Shown: positions 12,766-23,270 of the stretch, piece by piece | Position numbering within the stretch: position 1 is the stretch's first letter | Layout of the letters: each line of letters begins with the position of its first letter | NCBI RefSeq assembly: GCF_001194135.2 | Contig: NC_068982.1 | Coordinates: forward strand, 51,584,987-51,648,986 | DNA length: 64,000 nucleotides | Source: Octopus bimaculoides | Taxonomy: Eukaryota | Direction of reading: 5' to 3' | Translations under genes and position numbers: made by a program | The notes under the pieces: generated by a model | The model's input: only the letters and a program-made list of their open reading frames with translations | What the model was told of the DNA's origin: nothing | Database searches by the model: none

Positions 12766-14364
12766 TGTACCAAATTTGTCTTGCAAGCAGGAAACATGTC
12801 TTGAGTAGTATAAACATTAAAAAAATTTTAACTTATGATTTTTTTAACACAGCTAACAAATTTCATTTTTTGTTCATTCTAGTTTAATTTACTTGGTTTT
12901 TGGTTAAAAAATTTATTAAATAATCTTGCCCACCCACAAATAAATGCAGTGCCAAGAGCTAATAAACAAAATGCTCTCAAAAATACTTCCTGCCTATTTT
13001 TCAAACCATGCTAGAGAAAAACTCTTAGAAAATGAAATTTAAATCAACCAATTTATCTTCATAATAAACAGCTTTTAATTTGTATAACAAAATTAGACTT
13101 TGTACTCAGATTTTATAGAAATCCTGTTTTGAATTCTTTATTTATCAAAGTCATTTAGCCTCAGTTGGTTGTGTCAGACACATGTGTCTTTGTTTTATTT
13201 AACAAGCCTGTAACAACTTCAAGGAGTGTCTCTGTGACCAATGAAATATATTGCTCCATTTGACTGATGGAAAAATGTGGTAGAGGTTTCTCTCTCTTTC
13301 TCTCTGTCTCTGTCTCTGTCTCTCTCTCACACACACACACACATGTAAACTTTTTCCCTTTGCCTATCTATCTCTGTCTTTCCCCCATTTATTTTCTTTT
13401 AAATTGTCTCCTCTTACATTTGTAGATAAATTTCATAATTTGTACTTATGTTATTAATGTCATCAAAGAGTCTTCATAGGAAACAGCAGTTACATCAGGT
13501 GATTCTCTGGTAGATTTTAACTATATCAGGCGATGTCTAGATGTCTATGCAGAAGCTTTTTTCAGTTTCTCTGCTCCCCTTCCTTCATCATCAGCTACTG
13601 GAAAATTTAGCTGGGAATATTTACTGATATCTGAATGTAATTATTTGATGTCAGCTATATGTTCTGAGTTCTATCTCTGCAGGGTGGGAGTAGGGAGTAT
13701 TTTTTTCTCTGTCCTCTGCTGCCCAAGTTGTTTTTATTTATTTTTTTCTCTTTTATTCAGATTCACATCTCTTTCCTTCTATTTGAAATCCCCACCCAAA
13801 ACTTTTGGTCAGGTGACTAAGTGACATATTATTGTCTGCTGTTTAGTTTTCTATTTGTATGTTTTTGTTGACACAGCAAAATGTCAACTAACATTAGTGT
13901 AAGATGTATGTGGTTTGTATGTGTAAGCATACACACTGTTGTTTAGTGTTTGAAGTTTTTGTTTTTCAAACTTAGAAGTAGCTTGTTTTATAAACATATT
14001 CTTCTATCACTTCATTGGCTCGTTTGTATATGTAATGAATCAACAAAGAAATTTAATTTGTAATATAAGCTATTCATTTCTAAATAAACATAGCATTTAA
14101 ACCTTATTGTAAAAAGGAAACAAACTTGCTACACAAGTTTATCTCTCCATAGACAGAAAAAGTAGAATCAATGGGACTAGTTTCTAGTTGTCTTAAACCT
14201 TCATCAGAGAAAGAATATTCACCTTTTTGTAATCATGCAAATACTAAACAAAAAGAATCAAATAGATAACTACAGAAACAAATAATTCTGGTCAATGTCT
14301 TGGGTATAGTTGGTACGAAACAGTTGTGAGAATAACACTTGGTCACTGGAAAAATACTCAACAC

Positions 14365-14745
14365 AGGCATGACTATGTGGTAAAAAGTCTGCTTCTCACC
14401 ACATGGTTCCAGGTTCAATCCTATTGTGTGGTACCTTGAGCAAGTGTTTTCTACTACAGCCCCTGGCTAACCACTTCTACCAAATCCAGTGGACAGAAAC
14501 TGAAAGAAGTCTATTGTGTGTGCATGCATGTATGTATATGTGTGTGTGTATGTGTGTCCTACCACCACTTGACAACTGGTGTTGGTTTGTTTATGCTTTT
14601 GTAACTTAGCAGTTCAGCAATAAAGACCAATTGAAGAAGTTGTAGGCTGAAAAAATAAGTATTGGGGTTGGCTTACTCAACTAAACCTTTGAAAGTTGTG
14701 CCCAGCATGGCTGCAGTTCAATGAACGAAACAGGTAAAAGATATT
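14365..14745 (+). mobile_element. tRNA-derived SINE, dominant family
   Basis: Head acaggcatgactatgtggtaaaaagtctgcttctcaccacatggttccaggttcaatcc, ccttgagcaagtg box, TG microsatellite, 3' module. Confidence 0.8.
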
Positions 14746-16059
14746 GTAAAAATTAACACAAAAGACGAGGTGAGGCAAGAACCAGACCTCCCCCAAAGAA
14801 AAGAGACAAGAAATCCTTTTCTATGTTCACTTTAATAAGTCTCTAGATAAATGTTCAATGATAGCACATGGTATAGTCCAGTCACATTAAACATGTTGGC
14901 AAGAGGGAAAAGACAACACATTTATTTCTGCTGATTCACAAACTCCTCGACTAGAATATTAAGTTCTTAACACCCTCTTCTTTTCATTAAGTGATTATCT
15001 GCACCACAGAGCATATGCTGACAATGGGGATTAATTAATACCTATATAATTAATTAAAATCCATATTTTCAATGCTATGCAAATTTGACTGACCTAGTTT
15101 GTATGCATTATAAATTACCATGAGCCACCTTACTTCTCACAGTATGGTAAAGCTTGAAACAATCTGATCAATTCTACTCTTTTTTTTTTTTTTTTTTTTT
15201 TTTTTGATGACAGAGAGATAAAAATAACATGGTTTACTTTTCACTATTAAAATTGTACGTTCATTAAACAAGCAATAACTTGCCTTCCAAATCAGCCAAC
15301 TATATTGTGTAGTGATCTATGAATTTCAAAGCCAGAGTTGAGATTTTTTTTTTTTTTCTTTTTACACCCCAGATGAGCCCTGATCAAGCAGACTTTGGAT
15401 GAAAACCATTCCAGCTGTGACCATTCTGTTTTGTTTTGTTCTTGTTTTTCTTTGGGTTGGTGGTGGCGGTGGGTCATTGATCTTTTATCTTCCAGACTGT
15501 GTTATCAAGGATTAATTAATTCAATGCATTTCCTATTCCTCTTATACACACACATGAACACAAATACAATCGGGTACAGTTTGAGGGAGATTAAGCTGCT
15601 ATTTTTACCAAATTGAGTGACAATGGAGATGTTCCTTTCTTGTTAGTTATTAATGATTTGACTTAGTTTTCTGTAAACATGGAGTAATCAAAAGTTAATA
15701 ACTCTGAAATTCATACCTTTTAGTTGAGAAATACCCAACACTAAAAGTTATAAAATTTGGTCCCAGGAAAAGCATCCAGCTCTGTTGTAGGAATTTGACA
15801 ATATCAGGATTTGAAAATTCATCTTATTTCCAAGACCAGTAATTCATACTGCACAAGGTAAATCTCTGATGCTACTGGAATTTCATAGCTCCTTTTATAA
15901 ACTAGTAGTACTTGAGACCAGTCAACAAGTGCACTTCCGCATGATCATTTGGAAGCAGGTTTGGTTGTATGCCAAGAAGTGGACTTCACAACCACTTGGT
16001 TCTGTGTTCAAATAAAAAAATTTTCTCAAATCATAGCATACCATCTTTAAAAATTGATA

Positions 16060-16171
16060 CATTAGACACTGTATGTATGATCTGGATATATAAATGGATG
16101 AAAATGGTTATAGAACATTAGACACTGTATGTATGATCTGGATATATAAATGGATGAAAATGGTTATAGAA
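16060..16171. repeat. Perfect 56-bp tandem duplication
   Basis: cattagacactgtatgtatgatctggatatataaatggatgaaaatggttatagaa twice, 16060-16115 and 16116-16171. Confidence 0.95.
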
Positions 16172-16376
16172 TATTTTTGCTCATAGCTCTGCCTGATTAA
16201 ACCTGACTTGGGACTAAATAACAAATACTTTGGTCTCAGTCACATAAATGTTTTGGAACCTTGTGATTTAATTTCACTCTAACCAGTTTCAAAATACTTT
16301 CATAGTTATTTGACTGATTCAGTAATAAAAAATACATCTATTGGCATATAAAAGATGCCTTGGGTATCTGGTTTAA

Positions 16377-16575
16377 CCCTTTAGCATTCAGATTACTCTG
16401 TCTAATGTAATGCTTATTTATTCACATTTTTGAATTAGTTACATATTATCTCATAGATGTGATTTGTTTTTAGAATGATACTATAGGGTAGGTGAGATAG
16501 GCCAGATCTGGCCAGTTTGAACATAAGACAGGTAAAATATTTGGGCCAGATACAGCTGATTTAAATGCAAAAGGG
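16377..16575. mobile_element. piggyBac-type MITE, family B
   Basis: TTAA|ccctttagcattcaga...tttaaatgcaaaaggg|TTAA; second copy at 61095-61308. Confidence 0.82.
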
Positions 16576-18635
16576 TTAAATTGAAGACAAAAACTTGAGA
16601 ATAGATGGAGCAAAAATCCTAACTTGCAATTCCTTATTAATATTGGAAAATTCACTTTTGTCACCATCATGTATGACCCCATACAAGCATCTACCATCTT
16701 TAAAATATGGTGTTTTTATTCCTTACCAGAGTAGAAAGTGTTGACAAGTAAAAGATCCCCACCAGACTCAGTATTTTTTACAAACAGAAAATAGCTGTTC
16801 TTTAATTTCCATTTCTTGTAGTTGAATCACCAGAAGACTTCTTGGATAAACCTAAACTGAATTATATCCAGGCTGTAGCATGTGTGTGTAAAACAATCTT
16901 GATTATTGATGATTATATTATTGTAAGCATTGATTCCTAGATACAGGACCCAAAATTTGAGAATCAATTATATCAATCCAAGTACTTAACTGGTTCCTAT
17001 TTTATTGCTCCTGGAAGGATGGAATGTAATCAACCTGGACAGGATTTGATCCTCATCCATAAAGGGTTGTAACAAAATGCCAGAAATCATTTTATCTGGT
17101 GGTCTAATGATTCTACAAACGAGAGAAATTATTGAAAACAAGCAAAAAATTTTTTTATCTGAATCATCTTTTACTTTTCTAAAAATGGCTGCTTTAGTTC
17201 TCACTGGTTTTGGGGTTCCTTGTATAACTACTAATTTCCCGTCAGTCTCTTATCAATTCATAACATTTGCACATTAAACATTTTATCACCACTTTGATGA
17301 ATTGCATTATTGCAAGGATAATAGGTTGCAAATTTCCAACTATAGTGTTACTTTACTAAAGGCTTTACACATTCATTGAAACATTCCAAGGTTAAATAAA
17401 CAAACAGTTTGTAACAGTAAAAACTCTAATTCAAGAATGGGATATATCAATGTCAGAGATGTTTAAACACTTTGTATATCAATGTACAAAACTTATACTA
17501 TAATGTAAATACCTATTCCATTGATAGATAAATGCTGATATTGAAATACACTACTCGATTTAATAATATGATAATCAATTTTTCATTCTTTTGATATATA
17601 TCTGTGAGATTTTTTTAAAGGTCTCTTAGATGAAGTTATTAATATTTTAATTTATTTAACCTTTGTAACTTGTACAGTATTTTTTAAAATTCAGACATAA
17701 TACTTTTAAAACACTGCCATTAAATGGTAACTTGCTCTCAATTGTAAAGCTACTTCAATTGTTTAGCTAAGACATACTTTTTAAGATATAGTTATTAAAT
17801 ACTTATATTACGACAGTAGCAGAGTGTGACAATGTATCATATTGCTTTATACTAATAATGGTAGCATTGTGTTGAACAAGATAATTCAACAGTTAACAGA
17901 CCAATTTCAAGGACATTGAGAATCAGAATGTTAACTCTTTATTTGATAATGATATATTTTATGTAAGATTCTATAGAAGGGGTTGAGCTAAATGCTTAAG
18001 CTGGGAACTTTTAATATGATATGAAAATGATTTTAAACAAATATATTAATATATTTTCAAAATTTTCCTTTTGTGTGTGTGAATTAGATATATAGATTTT
18101 ACTTTGTATAGATAGCACCATAGTCAATGATGGCTGTTTGAGGTGTGGCTGTATCTAATTGAAAGTGATATCGTGTCTGTATTAATAGATATGGGTGTAA
18201 CAAGGATGTTGACTGAGGGGTTTCTCAATGAACATAGATCCACCATTATCTGTCTATATTACCTTTCTGTGTACGTACATAGTCTCAGAGTATAGGGAGT
18301 GGTTCATCCTGAATCCTCCTGCCTAGATTTATTTGTGTGTGTGTGCATGTTTATCCACATACATGCACATATTCAGAGTCTACCAAACAAATTTATGCAC
18401 ACTTCAGGAAAGGAAAAATCTGTATAAATATTTAACTGGAATAAGTACCCCTATAAATATAGACACCTCTTTTGATGTTTTATCAAATTGTGATAGCACT
18501 GAATAAATTGCAATAACACTGCATTAAAATATTTTTACAGATTTTTCCTTTTTTGAAGTGTGTATACATTCTTTTAGTGGACTGTCTGTGTGTATACATA
18601 TATATACACACACACAGACAGTCCACCAACACACG

Positions 18636-19330
18636 CATCATTATCATCATTTAGCATCCATATTCCATACTGGCATGGGTTAGACATTTTGACATGATCC
18701 AAAATATCACAGGATTATGTCAAGCTTGAATGTTTGCTTTTGGCATTGTTTCTATGGCCAGATGCCCTTCCTAGCACCAATCACTTTACAGAATGTACTG
18801 AGTACTCTTTCATGTCTCCAGCACTTGTGATGATGCCAAGTAGCCCACAACTCAAGACCCCTTAATTGAAGGTTGTGTAGTTTTGATGGAGATAGCTTAT
18901 GCCAGGTGTTTTGCTGTAGAGAAGATAATTGGGTAATCGTGGTGATGAGAGGTCAGGATGTACCCTTAAAGTACAAGAGAGTAAATGTGAGGTGGGTAGG
19001 AACAGAGCATCAGTTAAGCTTGCAAAGATGTGAGGTGAGCAACAGATGGTTAGAGGTAAGGAATATAGAGTTATAGATAATGTACTGAATAACAAACAAG
19101 AGTGGGGGCGTGATCAATGCTGAATATCAGTTTGGAGGCCAGGTGAAGGAAATAGGAATAGGTTAGGAAGGAAGTAGTGATACATAGCAGTGCAAAAGGG
19201 ACAGAGGGAGGTGTACTGAGTGACAAGGGGAAGATTAGAGATATTTATGAGTAAATACAAAGTGATACCCAAGATTGAGTGGGTAGGGGTGAGTGATGGT
19301 TGATAGATGGTATTCATAGTGGTACAGAAC
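18636..19330 (-). mobile_element. Old RTE-type 3' region (terminal module + purine-rich stretch on +)
   Basis: catcattatcatcatttagcatccatattccatactggcatgggttagac...gatgcccttcctagcaccaatcactttacag is the reverse of the RTE terminus. Confidence 0.6.
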
Positions 19331-19334
19331 CATA

Positions 19335-19710
19335 ATGAGAATGTCCACTTTTCCATGCTTGCATGGGTTGGACAGGGTTTATTGAGGCATAATGAAAATG
19401 GACATCATGAGAAATAGGTATATGGGGAGGTAGCTCCAAGGAGAGGGAAAACTGGTAGCTCAAAAGTGTTGGGGATGAAATATGGGCATCTTTAGTACTG
19501 TGGTTAGAAGAGTGATGGGGGAGCTAGGTGTTGGAAAGATAAGTTGTGGGGACAACTTGAATGTGACAGCATAGACAAAATATGCTTTTGGGCCTCATTT
19601 TTGCCAGGGTAGACAGGGCTTTTTGAGCCCAGCAAGTTGCCTGTCATCTTGGTCTTTTGTCATCTTTTTCATGATGCTCAATATTCTAAGGTCAGTCTTC
19701 ACAACTAATA
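19335..19710 (-). mobile_element. Old RTE subfamily 3' end including the last ORF2 codons
   Basis: Minus strand of ~19640-19705 reads VVKTDLRILSIMKKMTKDQD, homologous to VVRQDLRTLGLTEAMTTDRD in the 3100-4029 copy; terminal module at 19335-19375. Confidence 0.65.
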
Positions 19711-20970
19711 ACAGGACTCTGGTACTTTGAGAGAAATGGAATGTGTATGAATCTGTATGATGTGTACCTATATAACTTGTTTTTGAAAACCCCTTTTCCT
19801 GAGCTTACGTAAAATAGTAATGTAGTGGCTGGTAAAAAGGGAAAAAAAATGTGAATTGGTTAATAGGTGGAAACCAGAGAGAAAAAAAGAAATGATCTCA
19901 ATGAATAAGAGGTGTATGTCGTGGATGAAAGGAGTGAGAGAGTTGGTTAGTGTAAGAAGTAACACGAGGTATAAGAGTTACTTAAGGAAAAAAATTATTA
20001 GTGATAAGGAAAATGGCTGGCAGTGAAGTATGAGTTAACCAATTGTTTATGAGTTGTGATTGCTAAACAGAGGCTGAAAGAAACCTGTTGCGCATCTGTT
20101 TATGTGTGTATGTATCTGTTTGTCTTGACGTAACATGATGGTTCTAAACAAGCATTACCATCATACAAGAGATGTTTGGTTTGAGTCTTCCATAAAAAGC
20201 ATGCATGAGCATGGGGAAATATTATCTTGCTTGGAAACAGGTGAGGGTTGGCGACATCCAGCCATAGAAAATGTGCCTCAACAAATTTTGTTTGGCCCAT
20301 GCAAGCATGGAAACGCAGGTGTTATATAGTTTATATAGTATAACTGCTATAATAGGGATTAGGTAATATTTCTACTTAGAGTGAAATATCTAAAATGCCT
20401 AGTGTTTGGGATTTGTAACTGTTCCTGTCAGCAACATCAATGTGTCTGGTACATCCTAGCAATTAAGTCAGTTTGCTTGAGATCCTATTGAACCATTTCA
20501 TGTATCTGCTATTTCTACTTTTTCAAGAGTTACATATGTCCTGTATCTTACCTGTTTGAGCAAAACTTTTTCTTAGTTGCTACTGATCTTTCATAATCTT
20601 TGTCACTTAATAGTTCCTTAGTTTTTCAGATTAAAAAGCAATATAATATAGTCCACTCTAACATTTTTACTGAAATTCCTCAAAACATTATGTAATGAAA
20701 TCAGGACTAAACATTAACAATTTCCCAATAATATGCACTTATAGGATTTCCTAAAGCCCTGCAATGAAGAAAAGCCTTGTTTGATTCCCATTTGTGGCTA
20801 GCAGTGAACTCAGTAAGGAGATTATATACACAACTTTGCTTATTTGTACATGACCTAAACTGCTGTAATGAACCATTCTATTGCATTTAGTGTTCTCACT
20901 GCTCACCAGACTGGCTACAGAGAGTGGAACTGTCAAGTTTTTTTTCTAGGTCAGCATGCACAGTTGTCAG

Positions 20971-21003
<33 letters not shown>

Positions 21004-21006
<3 letters not shown>

Positions 21007-21466
21007 CCGAGACCTTTGGAAATGTGCTGTGCGTGAGAAGACCCGGCAAGCCAAGTGAGATCATTGCCAGTGCCCCTGGACTGGTTCTTGTGCGGGTGGC
21101 ACATAAGATGTACCATCTTGANNNNNNNNNNCATAAGATGTACCATCTTGAGCGTGACCGTTGCCAGTACCGCCTGACTGGACTTTGTAGGGTTTTCAAG
21201 CGAGATCGTTGCCAGTGCCCCTGGACTGGCTCTTGTGCGGGTGGCACATAAAAGACACCATTTCGAGCGTGACCGTTTTCGTGCGGGTGACACGTAAAAG
21301 CACCCACTACACTCTCTGAGTGGTTGGCATTAGGAAGGGCATCCAGCTGTAGAAACTCTGCCAAATTATATTGGAGCCTGGTGTTGCCATCCGGTTTCAC
21401 CAGTCCTCAGTCAAATCGTCCAACCCATGCTAGCATGGAAAGCGGACGTTAAACGATGATGATGAT
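21004..21466 (+). mobile_element. Young 5'-truncated RTE LINE 3' end, inserted in a (TA)n tract
   Basis: tgaccgagacctttggaaatgtgctgtgcgtgagaagacccggcaagccaagtga (ORF2 end) through gaaagcggacgttaaacgatgatgatgat; CpG-rich; 10-N gap at 21122-21131. Confidence 0.9.
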
Positions 21467-21930
21467 ATATAAGCTTGTTTCATAGGATACACAGTGTGTG
21501 TGAGTTCATATGCTTTCTCAAACTCAGGCTGTGTCCTATTCAATGTATTATGCTTCATTCATTTCTCTGCAGCATTTGCAGATCTAACATGATCAATGTG
21601 TCTCATTACCATGTAGCTTCAAATTCCTTACATGAGATTCATAAAATCTGTTTCATAGAGATTGTGAAAAACCTTTTGTGCCTACAGAGGTAACAAACAC
21701 CTCCCTAGATTTCTTTCACATCTTCCTTACAGATTAATAATTCTGTGGTCTTCTCTGTTAACTTTTATTTTTTTAGACTCTAAACTATTCTTGAAAGTTT
21801 GAAGAATGCAAAGTAGAGTTGTCTTTTCTTGTTGTCACACTAGAAGTATGAGAACTACATCTTATCCAAACTAACCTTATACTACTCTTTTAAACACTTT
21901 CAGGAATATTCCTAAGATTTGTTTTAATCG

Positions 21931-22333
21931 TTTACTCTTTTACTCTTTTACTTGTTTCAGTCTTTTGACTGTAGCCACGTTGGAGCACCACCTTTAGTCG
22001 AACAAATCGACCCCAGGACTTATTCTTTGGAAGCCTAGTACTTATTCTATCGGTCTCTTTTGCCGATCCGCTAAGTTACGGGGGCATAAACACACCAGCA
22101 TCGGTTGTCAAGCGATGTTGGGGGGACAAACACAGACATACACACACATACACATATATATACATATATACGACGGGCTTCTTTCAGATTCCGTCTACCA
22201 AATCCACTCACAAGGCTTTGGTCGGCCCGAGGCTATAGTAGAAGACACTTGCCCAAGATGCCACGCAGTGGGACTGAACCCGGGACCATGTGGTTGGTAA
22301 GCAAGCTACTTACCACACAGCCACTCCTACGCC
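21931..22333 (-). mobile_element. Young full-length tRNA-derived SINE, dominant family
   Basis: Tail (tactctt)n at left; on the minus strand the head is ggcgtaggagtggctgtgtggtaag (A-box-like) and ggtcccgggttcagtccc (B-box-like); many intact CpGs. Confidence 0.92.
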
Positions 22334-22429
22334 TGTAGAACTCTAAAATGTCTTTGGTGTATCTCTTTTACTACTACATCATAATACTGTTTGTGTATCA
22401 GTATTATTGGTAACTAAATAACAGAGTAC

Positions 22430-23270
22430 CTACAAAGCTTGATGCTTTTAGCATCTGACAGTTACCCTGGTTGAACCTACTATTTTCCAAACTTGAAAAT
22501 TATGTTCATAATCTTGTCTGAATTAAGTTCTATAACTTGCCTTTATTGTTAATTCCTCTTCAATAGATTTTTCACTCCCTTTCCCCCATCTTATTCCTTA
22601 TTCAGTATTTCATAGTAATACATCCATGATTCTTTGTTTTGCTTGGGGGCAAGTACTCATATTTCTGGCATACTTTACTTTTCAAGAACAATCTCATTCA
22701 TCAAACACTCTGCATTACCATTCATGATTCTTGATATCTCTCATAATACTTAAAACTTTTTATCCTTATAGTGCTGAACCTTAAAAAGCCTCTTGCTCTC
22801 AATTTCTTTTCCAGCTAAGTAAATCTGTAGTCTTACTTCCTGTCTAAGCTGTTGATAATGCTCTTTGCTAGACCTTCTTCTCTGTTCGAGCCAGGTTATA
22901 ATTAAATAAGAGAATGATTGGAGTAATGTTATTCTTATATCCATTTTAGTAACCATTCTAATACTTCCAAGATCTCTATGACACTTTTTTTGCTTTCTCA
23001 TGCATTAATTTCTCAACTCACTATTTCCACAATAATCCCTAGAGTTAGCGCATATGTTGGATTCACAGAGAACAGGTTTTTCATGTCTTGTCTTTATTGA
23101 AGAACTTCTTGGTAACATTTCAATACTTTTTTTTTTCTTCTGAAGGAAAATACCTTTGAAATGACTTGAGTTCATTTTGAAAACACTCCTGTCTAACAGA
23201 TGTATCTGCTTCCTTAAAACATTGGAGAACTTCATCCCAGATGGATTTACAATTTCAAACATTGTTAGTT
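22430..23270 (-). pseudogene. Ancient RTE ORF2 relic (region upstream of and entering the RT domain)
   Basis: Minus frames give SKEHYQQLRQEVRLQIYLAGKEIESKRLFKV and KESWMYYYEILNKE*, the latter matching KEVWRRHYERLLNKENEW in the 47 kb copy; many stops and frameshifts. Confidence 0.65.
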
